Positions 12,693-26,800 of a stretch of 64,000 nt of DNA are shown here, piece after piece. The notes beneath the pieces were generated by a model. The model saw nothing but the letters and a program-made list of their open reading frames with translations. It was not told where the DNA came from and made no database searches. The first letter of the stretch is position 1. Every line of letters starts with the position of its first letter. This stretch comes from Mytilus edulis (lineage: Eukaryota). Location: positions 96,534,001-96,598,000 of the forward strand of contig NC_092348.1 of NCBI RefSeq assembly GCF_963676685.1. The letters are read 5' to 3'. Made by a program: the position numbers and the translations under genes.

Positions 12693-14856
12693 TAATAAAC
12701 TTTACAAATTATATTTAATAATTTCAATTCTTTCGATCACTGCATAGTATTACACTAAAACTGAGGGAAACGCATCAAATATAAGAGAACTACGACACAA
12801 CAGAAACACAATATTAAAATGTAACACTCACAGATAACAATGGCCATTTCCCTGACTTGGTAAATGTTTGTTTTATTGTGATTAAGATAATAACACGTGT
12901 TGACTGCTGTTAAACTATTTTAAACATTTTTACCTATTATATATATAAAAAAAGAAGATGTGATATGATTGCCAATGAGACATTTCTCCACAAGAGACCA
13001 AAGGACACAGAAATTAACAACTATATGTCTGTTTGTTTTGTTCACATATCCTTGTCAATAAATTGGAATTTCATGCAACTGTCATAAACTTGAGAGGTTT
13101 AGCTAGCTATAAAACTAGGTTTTATCCACCACTTTCTACTTTAGAAAATGACTGTACCAAGGCAGGCATATCCATTTGTTTGATGTGTTTGAGTGTTTGA
13201 TTAGGGACTTTCTGTTTTCAGTATTTTTGTGATGCTACTGTTTATCATTCCTGTATTATCATTCATTTTCACCTCAAGTTCAAGTTCAATCTTCTCTATT
13301 TCGTCTTACCAGATGACAAACAAATAATCATTGGACTGAAAATCAATAAAAATTCAACAAATCAATATCTGTTTATAACATGTGAGAACATCATACGACC
13401 TTAGACACAACTCTCAATGGTTTGAATAATTTCAAAACCAACTTGGACATTTAAATACCAGACCTAACTTCTCGAACTATAAAAAAAAAATAAAAATGGA
13501 CTATTTAGAACTAGACATGTTGTGTGGAGACCTCTATGTGTTTGTATACTCAGACTGTATGTTCATATTTCAGTCTATAAGTTTGAGTCTGTGTCTTTAT
13601 TGTTGTGTTAAGTCACATAAAATATCCATATCCTTCTTGAAATTTTATACGATTTTTCTTCTACTTCATTAATAATAAATAAGAAAAATTATAGATTTAA
13701 TGTATCTTATTACAATCGTATTTCAAAAGTTTAGGTATACTATGGGAACAACATTGCAGTCTATACTAATTCATGGGATACAATGTACTTGATATCACCT
13801 ATACTTAAACAAAAACTGGCAAACTGATAATTGCAATATATATATTTCACAAATAAACCGACCATTTTAAAATGAATAGATAAATTTGTAAAAAAAATAT
13901 TTAGAAAATGTTTATCCCTTTTCCGGCCTCTCATTTAATTTGTCAATGATATTTAGTCAATAGTTCTGCAAGAGCGTTATTGTCAAACATTTCTTCATGG
14001 TAAGTATTAGTATTTTAACGCAGAATAATTTATTTGATAATAACAGTAATTCAAGTTTATGAAAAAATCAAACTATATCAGTGGTCATTTCTAATATAAA
14101 AAAAAGAAGATGATGTGGTATGATTGTCATATATATCAGCTTACAAAATTGTCTAAAATAATGAGGAGATGATATCAAAAGGCTTTCACGTTATCAGACA
14201 AAGAACGACAGACAGAACTAAAATCATCTTGAACAACAAATAAAAGCAAGATCAACTATGGATAGATATTTTTTTCCTTCTTATAAGATTTTTTGTTGTA
14301 CTAGAAACTAGTTTTTAATATGGCAGGTGTTTCCTCCTTCTGAATAACTGACACATTTGCAACCTGATTGATACTTAAATATGAAATGACCAAAAGTATT
14401 ATCTATTATGATGGCAGTCCCCAAATATGTGCATAATTACCCATCACACCGTGTGAAATTACAAATGAGGCTACGTGTTTGTTTATACGCTTATTACAGC
14501 GCCATTAGGATAGTTTTATATTACGTCCCCTTTCCCGTGTGACCACCGGACGGAACTTTGAACCCATAAAAGCGGCAGGTTTGGCAGGCACAAAAACAGG
14601 TTAATTTTTTCTTTAAATGTCCTGAACCAAGTCCGGAAAATGGCCATTGTTATATTATAGTTCGTTTCTGTGTATTTTACATTTTAATGTTGTGTTTCTG
14701 TTGTGTCGTAGTTCTCCTCTTATATTTGACGTGTTTCCCTCAGATTTAGTTTGTTACTCGGATTTGTTTTTTTCTCAATCGATTTATGAATTTCGAACAG
14801 CGGTACACTACTGTTGCCTTGATGTAATGTATTTGAAATAATTTTTAGAACATAGG

Positions 14857-17800
14857 ATGAACGACAACGTACGTTTTCTGTTTAAACGTATCTTTTTTGG
14901 ATGCTCGGTTTTGCTACATTTAGCGTGGTACACGTGGTGTGCAGTTGATTGTGACGACGAAAATATATGTCAGTGTAATGCAGGAACTGGCGGGAATCTA
15001 ATCGTAGATTGTTCTCGAAAGGATCTGTTAAAAATGCCGAAAGGCATGCCAATTTCGGCATATGACTTGTGAGTATGTTGAACAGCTAAAACACCAAGAG
15101 TTTGTTGGCATACATTATTCGAATAGTAAATTATAATTACAACATTCCCTTACTACATGTAAATGTGTTTTAAAAAATAATGATTTTCAATTTATTTGCC
15201 AGCTAAATTTCTCTAATAAACGTAATTAATGTTTTAAGCTTATTTCTCTAATTCTATAGAAATATATCCCTTTTCGAACCCATGGTATAAAATTTTTTAA
15301 TTAACGTATATACGTATGGTTGCCAGTGATCTCAGGAGATGATTGGCTGAGTCAAAGGGTCATAACCTTTCTCAGCTTCCTGAAATGATCAAAATATTCT
15401 AACAATATTATTTTATTTGGTATAAATATTCATTGCCAGCCTATTACATAGACTTGTGTTTCTGAAACCTTGATCCTCTTTCATACAACTTTACTCAGTA
15501 CTTGGAGTAAAACAATTGTGCTCGAAACACAAAATCCATTAATTTGATTTATTGATATCTAATTTTGAGTGCGATAATCGTGCTCGTCAGTTTAGATATA
15601 TGATCGCATGGCCAAAAGGGTTACCATTGATTTATTTCCTTTTGTCAGCATACATGTCTCGTCCTTTGATTCACCTTTTTATTTTAATTCATCTCGTTGC
15701 TTTCAATTTATCACAAAAAAGTATAATTTAAAAAATACTGAACTCCGAGGAAAATTCAAAACCGAAACTCAAAAGCTCAAACACATCAAACGTATGGATA
15801 ACAATTAACTGTCATATCATGACTTGGAACAGGCAATTTCTTTTGTAGAAAATAGTGGATTAAACCGAGTTTTTAGCTAGCTTAACCTCTCACTTGTATG
15901 ACAGTCGCATCAAATTCCATTATATGACAACGATGTGTGAACAAAACAAACAGACATAATGGGTAAAAATGTCAAAAAAGTACTACAGTGGTCATAATTG
16001 TGTTATAATCTTAATCACTATGAAAACAAACAAAGATGTAACACAGAAGCACAAAAAGTCTTATAGACAAAGCACATTAGCAACAATTTAAAAAAGAATT
16101 CTGAAATTTACGTTAACATAATATCACAATGACGGGCTGTACAAGTACAGAGTCACGTCATATGTATCAAAGAAACACCAAAAGGCATATAGGCAAAGCA
16201 CATTAAGAAAAACTACAGGTTCAAAAAAGTCTGTGTCGCTCACCTTGGTCTGTGGGAATATAAAAAAAGCATACTTTTCAACATTATAAAAGAGAATAGA
16301 CCATGACAAAAACCTCTGTTTTGTTGATCTTGTATAACTGATCGTTTAGTCTGTTTAATTTCTTTGATTTATTAATAGATCTTGCCTTGCTGATAATTTT
16401 TGTGATTTAAAGTGTTTTTTATCAATCATAATTAGGCATATTTGATACAAAAAATGTTTGTTTCTAAATATCATAGTTTTCATGATATATTAAATGGCAA
16501 AAATGAGAGAAAAAAATAGCGTAAAAGGAGTAGGTCCGGTAAGACTCCTTTTTGGCCCCAAAATATAACAGTTTTACAAAATTGTTAAAATGTAAACTTT
16601 TAGTTATTTATTGGACAGTTGAATGCTTCTGCTACATAAATATGCGCTGTTTTTGACAAAACAATACACATATATCGGGTTGTAGCACCATTAAGTCATG
16701 CTAAATTACTGAAATCTTCAAAATTCTATCATTTTAGTTAAATTTTAGACGGTTTCCTTGTAAAACGAAAGTGGCCGCATTCGTGTTCATTCTTAATATT
16801 GAAATGTAAGTTGTATTTTATGATAAAACATAACATATATTAAGGTTGTGGATGAACACGGATGCGGCCACTTTCATTTTTGACAACAACCATCTGAAAA
16901 GTGACGTTTTTTGGCATATTTGAGAGATTTTTCATATTTGAGCTTGAATCGGATCGTTTTTAATGACTAAATCAGTTAAAATCTTTCACTTATACTAATT
17001 AAATTAAGTGAAATAGACACTTAAGTCTTCAAAAAGTGGTCAAAATCTTTCGTCAGATGAAACTGAAATTTGAGGCCAAAATGAGTCCTTACCGGACCTA
17101 CTCCTTTGTCATTTATTGGCCATAACTCTTATAAGAATTTGTCTAACAGTTTTGACATATATATTCACAATTAGTAGAGCTCATTATTCTAAACGAATTT
17201 GTTCCTTTCAGATTTTCTCTATTTATAACGATTAAAAAAATAACTGATAATACTTGCTTTTTACGCCTATGTTCTACTTTTAGCGCTGTCAGCCCTGTTG
17301 ATTGATATGGTTATCTGACATTTTTTACACCAGATACCTTATGATGATTGTGGCTAAGTTTGGTTAAATTTGTCTCAGTAGTTTTTAGAGAAGAAGATAT
17401 TTGTAAAAGAGTACCAAAATTTACATTTTTTCCCCTCCAAAATTGACTACGAAGGACAATAACTCCTACAGGAGTCAATTGACCATTTTGATCATATTGT
17501 TTTATTTGAAGATCTGACTTTACTGAACAATTTTGCTGTTACAGTTTATCTGTATCTATCATAATATTCAATATAAAAACCAGAAAATGTAAAATTTCCT
17601 TAAAATTACCAATTCTGAGATATCAACCCATCCACAGGTGACATCTTCGCCAAGTGATGAGAAAAAGCCCATTTTGCCCTTTTAGTACAGGTGAGCTAAT
17701 AAAAGACAAAAATACAAAAAAACTATCATAGAACAAATCACGATGACGGGATGTATCAGAACAGAGTCGCGTCAAATGAATACAAATGTATCACCAAAAA

Positions 17801-20800
17801 CAGACTATACCACATCTTCTTTTCTTATATAAACAGTAAAAGTAATATGCAAAAAGAAAAAGAAAAGAAAACCATAACACCTTTTTACGATGATAAACAA
17901 CGTCAGTATCAAATATCGTTGTTTTTTTTCTCGTGCAAACGTCTCGTGGATTTTTTTTTTTAACTTTCAGGCTTGCACCAACATGTGATTCGTTGATATG
18001 ATTTGTCTTTTTTTATCGTGCTTAGTTTGGTTTCTACCACAGGTTTTGTGTAATTACATTTCTATTTATAGGAGACTTGAAAAGAACGATATTGCAAAAG
18101 TTCCACATGGTTACTTTGACAAACTAACAGAATTAACATATTTGTAAGGTCATTTATAGTCACCCTTTATCAATTTTTTTTTAGATACACATGGATTAGA
18201 AATTGGGACCTCAGATTTGTGTTTCTTCTCCATGAGACTCGTCAGTGGCGATCGAATCAAAACAAGACGTTGGAAAGATAATTCATTGAAAAAAGTAAAA
18301 ACACAGGGAGAACCAAAAATCTTGAAAAATTATAAAAAATACGGCTGAAATTAAAAAAGACGTTTGCTGCTTAGCTTATATGTTTCCCTTTTTGGTAAAA
18401 GAGTTCGTCTATAGGTTGACTATCAGTCCTCCAAGGTCGACTGTTATTGGTTTAATTTCAAATTGAATAACACATGTGTCTAATACATACCAAGTTCAAT
18501 AATGGATACAAATTTCGTATTCGTCTAAGGCAAAGTTATCCGTAAACGGTTGCGTGTTTTCTTTGTTATAAACGTTTCAGTTTGTTTTTTCTTCATTTTT
18601 TAATGTCGGGCCTTGTTTAGATTGCTATGCAATAATTGACTTTGCTCGTTGTTGAAGGCCAAACGGTGACGTCAATGTTATTTGGTCTCTGGTAGAAATT
18701 TGTCTTCTTGACAATCATATCACATCTCCCTACTTTTATAATAATTTGTGGGAAGGCGAAAATAGGATTTCAGAAAATAAGATGGAGCAGCTCAAATTGT
18801 TGTCATGATTGTAAAATCTTAAGAATTAAAATTTCAAACATCTGTGAAGAAGGGGCATGATATAAGGTTTTTACTATGTTGTGGTTCTTATCAATCATCT
18901 ATGAACTAGGGTATGATATAAGGTTTTTACTACGTTGTTTTTCTTATCTATGAGTTTGACTATCACTCTGGTATCAAACATCTGTGAAAAATTGATGTGA
19001 TATAAGGTTTTTACTATGTTGTGGTTATTATCAAATCCTTTTATCAACTTTTATACGATTAACATTTTGAAGCTGAACACATTTACATATAAAGTCATAA
19101 ATATTGGCATCATCGATGTCACGGATACCATTAGACATATCTATATTTTTTACAGAAAAATAAACAACAACAAAATAGCTGTGCTGCCCGAGGGACTATT
19201 TGACAACGCAGTTAACCTAGTAGAAGTGTAAGTAAGCTAAACTTTGGTCAAAGATTTTATTGGGAAAAAAAAGTTATAAAGGATTTCTTAGAACCCTTTG
19301 TCTCGCCTGCGCTGGCTTTCGTCAGTGGTAGTATTTAATGTTGACATATTAAAACTCTGTACATAAACTTAGTTTGAACGCGACATTATGAGGTACTACT
19401 GTACATAACCTTTAGTTTATGCTAGAGTGATATAAGTTATCTTAATGTTGTTTTTGAGTGTTCTCAGATTAATAATGATATTAAAAATATTTATTTTGAC
19501 AGAAACTTCAACTACAACCTCCTTACAGAAATACCGGATGGACTGTTTAGTAACATGCCAAAATTAAATTGGTTGTAAGTAGGGTTTTTACAAATCATAT
19601 TCACACTGGTTTTAACTTTTTCGTGTATTTTAGTTTATCAATCTTAATTCACATACAGTACGGATGCCACATTGGGAGAAGGAGCTACTAAACCGTCTGT
19701 AGCATTATCATTGATAACCTATTTATTTGCATCATAAATTTTCATAGACTTTATATTTTTCGTAATGATAGAAATTTGTTAATTGTGTTTGTCATTAAAA
19801 TAAACAAATGTATTACATATACAGAGATTTATTATTATAGGAAACTGTATGGTTTTGTCCTACAAAATAGACATCAAAGTTACTTGATTAGAATTTATAA
19901 TTTTTAATAATTTTCTTTGTCATTTTTAACTCAGAAGTCTCTATAAATGAATCCATGTGACTGTTGTTCCGTTACTAGTATTTGATTAACATTTATAAAC
20001 ATAGTCATTTCTATGTCAGATTTGTTGAAGGAAATCCATTAGACTGTAGTTGTCCAGTAGAGAAGTTCCGAACTTGGCTATTATCTCTAGACCAATCCAT
20101 CACTGTTGATGCTGAGTGTGAGACTGGAGAGAAGGTAGTCGATATAGCTGGGGCTTCGTTCGATGTCTGTATTGGTAAGGGGTTACTATTTATTGTCAGC
20201 TTACACTTTTTAAAACATATTTTCTCATTCTAAACATTATTAAAAATAATATTCTTACTTTACTATAAAAAAAAAAACAACCTATTAAACTAGCAAAGCA
20301 AATCAAATAACGATTTTAAAACGATCAAAACTAATAGTTATTGAAGAAATATAATAATCATGATCAATAAAGTAGTGCATACCTCACAAAACGGGTAAAT
20401 TGAAGGGGATTTTGCGGAGGACGGAAAATAATAAAAAGGGCAAGGCAATCATGTATTTTTTCGTACATGCTAAGGACAAATAAAAACACGTATCCAAGGG
20501 TTCGTGTGTAAGGTCATTCTTTGACCTTTAATGGTAATACTATACTATTTGGATTGAGAGATGTTCCATTGGTTATCATACCACGTTTTCTTATATCTAT
20601 ATAACATAATACGCTTCGTATGTTTTGCTTTCAATAGGTGTCATTAGATGCATGGCGTATCCTATTTATAGGGCACAATACTTGTTTCATCTGGTCGAAG
20701 AAAAATTGAAGGTTTATCATTCAAAATGCAAATCAAAGACTTTACAGGTGTTACCGTGGTACCTTTTTGACATAATGTGATAACAGGTAAATAAAAGTGT

Positions 20801-23800
20801 AGGTTTTTTTAATCATAAATATATGTGAAAATTTAATTGTTCAAGCAAGTTTTTTCAACAGTGACTACAACTTCTACAACAACTACTACGACAACAACGA
20901 CAACAACACTTCCTCCAACAACGACAACAACAACCACTACAAGCACAACATCGATACCAACAACAGAAGGTAAGACAAAAATAGGTAGTGGTACAATAAC
21001 AACACCAATACCCAGATCAGAAGGTATCACAATAGTAAGTAGTGGTACAACAACAACACCAATACTCAGAGCAGAAGGTAACGCAATAGTAGGTTGTGGT
21101 ACAACAACAACAACAACAACAACAACAACACCGATAATAAAACCCACAACCGAAGTTATGAAACTATGAGGTACTGTTACAACAATAGCAATACCAACAA
21201 CAGGTGGTAAGACAATCTGAGGTACTGTAACAATAACACCACTAATACCAACAACAGGTGGTAAGACAATCAGAGGTACTGTTACAATAACAACACTTAT
21301 ACCAACAACAGGTGGTAAGACAATCAGAGGTACTGTTACAATAACAACACTTATACCAACAACAGGTGGTAAGACAATCTGAGGTACTGTAACAATAGCA
21401 CCACTAATACCAACAACAGGTGGTAAGACAATCAGAGATACTGTTACAATAACAACACTGATACCAACAACAGGTGGTAAGACAATCAGAGGTACTGTTA
21501 CAATAACACCACTAATACCAACAACAGGTGGTAAGACAATCAGAGGTACTGTTACAATAACAACACTTATACAAACAACAGGTGGTAAGACAATCAGAGG
21601 TACTGTTACAATAACACCACTAATACCAACAACAGGTGGTAAGACAATCAGAGGTACTGTTACAATAACAACACTTATACCAACAACAGGTGGTAAGACA
21701 ATCAGAGGTACTGTTACAATAACACCACCAATACCAACAACAGGTGGTAAGACAATCAGAGGTACTGTTACAATAACACCACTAATACCAACAACAGGTG
21801 GTAAGACAATCAGAGGTACTGTTACAATAACAACACTTATACAAACAACAGGTGGTAAGACAATCAGAGGTACTGTTACAATAACACCACTAATACCAAC
21901 AACAGGTGGTAAGACAATCAGAGGTACTGTTACAATAACACCACCAATACCAACAACAGGTGGTTAGACAATCAGAGGTACTGTTACAATAACAACACTT
22001 ATACCAGCAACAGGTGGTAAGACAATCAGAGGTACTGTTAAAATAACACCATCAATACCAACAACAGGTGGTAAGACAATCAGAGGTACTGTTACAATAA
22101 CAACACTTATACCAACAACAGGTGGTAAGACAATCAGAGGTACTGTTACTATAACAACACTTATACCAACAACAGGTGGTAAGACAATAAGAGGTAGTAT
22201 TACAACAACACCAATACCAAGAACAGAAGGTAAGACAATAGGAGGTACTGTTACAACAACAACACTGATACCAACAACAGAAGGTAAGACAATACGAGGC
22301 ACTATAATAACACCAACATCAATACTTACAACAGAAGGTTAGACAATAAGAGGTAGTGGTGCAACAACAACACCAATACCCATAACAGGAGGTTAGACAA
22401 TAGGAGGTACTGTAACAATAACTATACTAATACAAACAACAGGTGGTAAGACAATCAGAGGTACTGTTACAATAACAACACTTATACCAACAACAGGTGG
22501 TAAGACAATAAGAGGTAGTTCAATAATCTAGGTATGAACTATGTCTATAACCATGTTAAATTTATTACCGGTATGCCAACAAATTTAATATGTTACCATG
22601 TCAAATATCGTACCGTTAATTCAACAAACTAGTTTTGTTACCATGCTAAATATAATACCGGTAATACAACAAAGTTGGTTAGTTAGTATAATGTTTAATA
22701 TAGTACCGGTTTTTCAAACTTGGTATGTAACCATGTTATATATAGAAGCGGTAATTCAAACTTTTTATGTTACCATGTTAAACAGATTGCCGGTAATTCA
22801 ACTAACGTGGTATGTCACCATGTTAAATATAGTACCGGTAATTTAACAAACTAGGTACGTTACCATTTTAAATATAGTACCGGTAAATCAACAATCTATG
22901 TACGTTACCATGTTAAATATAGTACCGGTAAATCAACAAACTTGGTATGTTACTTTGTTAAATTTAGTACCGGTAATTTAGAAAAAAAACTTGGCACGGT
23001 TACTATGTTGGATGTAGTACCGGTAATTTAACCAAGTTGGTATGTTACCATTATATATTACCAGTAATTCAACAAACTTGGTATGTTACTTTGTTAAATA
23101 TAGTACTGGTAATTCGACATTTCATTTGAAAACTTGACCTTGTAATAACCATTAATTACTTTTTACTGTAACTTTCATGATCTCTCTGATTGTGTTGATC
23201 CTCATCGTGTTATTTTATTATTACAAATGACATTGTGTTTTTACAGTGACTTTCGTGATCTCTCTGATTTTGTTGGTCATCATTGTGCTGACCTGCATTG
23301 GTGTACTCGTCCTAAACTACAAATACAGGAATCTACTCAAAATCCAACAGGTAATTTCGTGTTAATACCATAAACAAGTATTGGATAGCAGATTTTAAAG
23401 ATGTTGTGACCGAGAAAAAACACACTTATGTCTTTCTGTAGCACAATTCCACATTCAGTAACAGACACATTTACGAATCATATACCGTATAGCGGGTTAT
23501 TTTCGCGGGGTGCAAATATTCTCTTATTTTTGTGGATAGATCAAAATTGCCACAATGAATTCCGCCAATTTAAAACGGCACATGCAAAGGTATTAATAAA
23601 AGTTTTGAAACCGCAAGAATAATAACCGCAAAAATATTTCGTATACCTTATTCAATGAAAATCGCGAATTTTACAACCTCGAAAATAACCTTCTATACAG
23701 TATATCAGAATTTAAAATTTAATTCATCAGCCTATTGAAATGTGTCATTGTCCTGTAAGTACTATGTTATAATTGCAGGATAAAGAGGGAGAATTTGACA

Positions 23801-23847
23801 AACCAGATGAGACCGAGGCAGAAGAGAAAGTTAACCTGACTGAATGA
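14857..23847 (+). CDS. LRR type I membrane receptor, ~287 aa. Exons 14857-15068, 18072-18143, 19156-19227, 19503-19574, 20020-20174, 20862-20969, 23247-23350, 23779-23847
   Basis: All introns GT-AG with matching phases (2,2,2,2,1,1,0); total 864 nt. Signal peptide; LRRNT (CDDENICQC..VDCSRKDLLKMP); LRRs LRLEKNDIAKVPHGYFDKLTELTY, LKINNNKIAVLPEGLFDNAVNLVE, VNFNYNLLTEIPDGLFSNMPKLNW; LRRCT GNPLDCSC..W..C..C; poly-Thr stalk; TM VTFVISLILLVIIVLTCIGVLVL; tail DKEGEFDKPDETEAEEKVNLTE*. Confidence 0.9.
16220..17702 (-). mobile_element. Degenerate HINE (family of 8796-10062), reverse orientation, inserted into another interspersed repeat (~15725-17930) and interrupted by a MITE
   Basis: GTGTCGCTCACCTTGGTCT at ~16233 and AGGTGAGCTAA at ~17689 are the reverse complements of the HINE ends. 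Confidence 0.65.
16524..17107. mobile_element. MITE with TIR AAAGGAGTAGGTCCGGTAAG and an internal ~30-bp inverted repeat
   Basis: Perfect 20-bp TIR at 16524-16543 / 17088-17107; internal IR GAAAGTGGCCGCAT.CGTGTTCAT (~16767) / ATGAACACG.ATGCGGCCACTTTC (~16852). Confidence 0.85.
20930..22520 (+). repeat. 54-bp minisatellite (~29 units) derived from the exon 6 / intron 6 junction of the LRR gene
   Basis: Unit GGTACTGTTACAATAACAACACTTATACCAACAACAGGTG|GTAAGACAATCAGA; encodes GTVTITTLIPTTGGKTIR in frame with exon 6. Confidence 0.95.
22530..23120. repeat. ~45-bp degenerate minisatellite (ATGTTACCATGTTAAATATAGTACCGGTAATTCAACAAACTTGGT)
   Basis: Direct repeats read by eye; source of the periodic ORF 22598-22846. 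Confidence 0.85.
23485..23700. mobile_element. Tc1/mariner-type MITE with TA TSD
   Basis: TA|CCGTATAGCGGGTTATTTTCG ... CGAAAATAACCTTCTATACAG|TA imperfect TIR. Confidence 0.7.
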
Positions 23848-26800
23848 CACAGTGTCAACTGATCACATGACTTAGAAAGTTCAAGACACGACTAAGCATT
23901 TGCAGACATTGTCCGTTGCATTTCAAGTTTATGTTGTTAATCAATTGTTGTAATTAACATTGATGAATAGCTGTAGTTTCCTTGATTTGTTTGACTAGGG
24001 TACATATTGTCCTCTATTTATTGTGTTTCCCAAAAAAATCAGCTTCCGTGTATCAGTGAGTCCGAAAAAATGATTTCCGGAAATAATCTTTAGTTATGGT
24101 TTTTTGCCCCATTAAAACAAAACAGGCTATTCTTAGGTAACTACAAATCAAGAAAGGATGCCCAGCGTGGTGTCCGTGATCAATGAGTCATATTTGAAGG
24201 TTGCTGCAAAAAATAAAATCTTCAGCTTCCGTGGTTTTTGGTAAGAAACTACATTGTATATTAAAAATATCAGAAAGGGGGAAGTTTATTGATTTTGTAT
24301 TTGGTTAAAAACATAATAAATCAGGATTGCTTTATTAAAAATGAAGAAAATAAAACTACTGATTTTAAAGTTTTAACAGCTGCATAACATAGGCTTAAAA
24401 CATTGAAATATGATGTGTGTTTTCCCTGGAAGATGTTTCTATGTACATCTTATGCAAGTGGTAGATGGGTAGGAAAAGGTCAATGCTTGTTAATTTTAAA
24501 CCTAAAGGTCATAGGTTAAAGCCATAATTTCACAAATACACATATATTTATGGAATGAAATTTCATAAAATCGTGAAACTCTTATTTTTGGGGATTTAAT
24601 TGTCAAAATATACCAGCCAAATTAAACCTTGATCAGAATCTACAGAAATTTTCTGAATACACATGTTTCAGCAATGTTATATACCTCCGATTCCTGATCG
24701 TCAGGTTTTTTTTATGTTGATGCACCAACCAAATTTTTATGTTTTCTGCTCTTTTTTGTCTTGCAGACATATCTCTAAAATTCACTATGTTTACCAAAAC
24801 ACAAATGAACAAAATGGATTTTCAAATAATTCAAAAAATATATTTTTCATTTTTTTCTGTCCATTTTACCGTCAACTTATATTTTGCATTGTTTTAAAAG
24901 TAAAAACTGTTTATCCAATTCATATCAATAACAGACTATAAAAAATGCTTTTTTTTACAATTATTTCATTTCATAAATCTGTTCTTAGCAATCAGATTGT
25001 ATGTACATTTTAAATGCATATATGTCTCTTTACGATCATGCAGTGAATCTTTAAATATTTTAACCGCATATATGAGTGAAAGTCTATGTACATTCTTTCC
25101 GAACATTTCTCTTGTCATAAACATTTAAAACATTATTTTGCTGATTTAAAACATTATTTTGCTGAGCGTGTTTAAGCTGGTATCATCTCTATTGTTGTTG
25201 GTCAATTAAAACATTTCAATCTGCATTTGTTGTTCTAGTTCTTTTATACACTTGGTTCATTATAACAATGCATATTTAAATCAGAACCGGTATTTGAGAA
25301 TCCAAACACTTATTATATTCGAGCTATAATTAGTGTTATTTTGAAGTAAAATGTTTGAAGACCAAAACATTTCCAGTATCATGAAGCAATCTTAGTGCTG
25401 TCGAAAAAATCAATCCAGCTCTTTGAGGCATTAAATGATGACTGTTTGCTGCTTATTGTTCAACGGTAAATTAAATGCATATTTAGGACAAGCACATTTT
25501 AATAATGTATAATATTCATCCTACATTTTACTAGACCGACACGGTGAGCCGGATTGATAATGTGTTAGTTCACATAGTAACAGTCAGCAAAAAGGCATAC
25601 CACCCTGCCCGGAAACATTATTCTAACTTCAAGCCAATCAGTCTTTGCAATTGCATATTTTTGCTTAGCGGAGTAGCGGCATTTTAACACCAATTTCAAA
25701 GTCGAGGCGAACACGCTACACTAAACCACCGAGATGGCATTTGAAGCACTGTGGAGACAGTTTTATGACAAACCTAAACCTGAAGTAAAAACTTAGAAAT
25801 GTATCGTTCTCTTGTATTCAATAACGGAGAAAGTCCAAGGGGTGTCGCTCTCTTCAAAACACGTAGGAAAGTACCATCAGTAAAAGTATGAAAACTGATC
25901 GACCTCTTTCGATGTACTAGAAGAGAATATATTATGACACGTTTGTATAATCTAATATACTTATTGAGACTCTACAGAGTAATGTCTTACAAAAGAGGGG
26001 CGAAAGATACCAGAGTGACATTCAAACTCATAAATCGAAATGACCACGCCATGGCTAAAAAGACAAAGAGACAAACAAAAGCACACAAGACACAACATAG
26101 AAAAATAAAGACTCAACAACACGCACCACACCAAAAAACGGGGGATGATTTCAAATGCTCCCGAAGAGTAAGTAGATCCTGCTCCACATGTGACACCCGT
26201 TGTGTTGCTCATTTTAGTACAAATCCAGACATAAGTCTAGTGGAAGGTCATATTCGTGAGGAGGGAACGGAATTGTAGTTAAGAATCATATTCGCTATCA
26301 TCTGTGAAACGGATATTCCATAACGATCAACCAACTCATGATGGAGTCCGTAAAATTTACGAATGGATGATTTCAACTTAACTATTTGGAACTCTGTCGT
26401 TTAATACTTCCATGTGAGTAGCAACCCTCTATCAAGTAAATCATGTTAGGAAATATCGGGAATATCGTATACATTCAGAGAAATATACATCGTATGCAGG
26501 TGCTGCTGGAATGTTGCTACATAGCAATTGAAAGTTCATAATTTTGTCATATAAGAATGTCTTTTCAGAAGTTTTTATAAGACTTCAAAATTGCTAATAC
26601 AATTTTTATTTACAAGTAATAAACATAGCATGTATTTAAGTAAGGTTAACATATTTGAAGCATACAGCGTCTTGCATCAGTTATTTCTATGGAGCAAGGC
26701 CAAGCACATTACCAGTTATAATAACACACTGCGAGACAGTCATCGGACCACCATGTTGTAAGCAGTAGGTCATGGCGAAACTACTTCATAATTCTGAAAC

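Noticed and set aside
13960-14005. ATG|GTAAGT as a first coding exon of the LRR gene
   Set aside because: Splicing to either AG near 14848 or 14855 puts this ATG out of frame; may be a 5' UTR exon but cannot be supported.
20833-22302. Val/Ile/Pro-rich minus-strand ORFs
   Set aside because: Antisense shadow of the ACA-rich stalk exon and 54-bp array.
14857-23847. Somatic VLR-type LRR cassette assembly
   Set aside because: The gene is complete in germline form and no flanking orphan LRR cassettes were seen.
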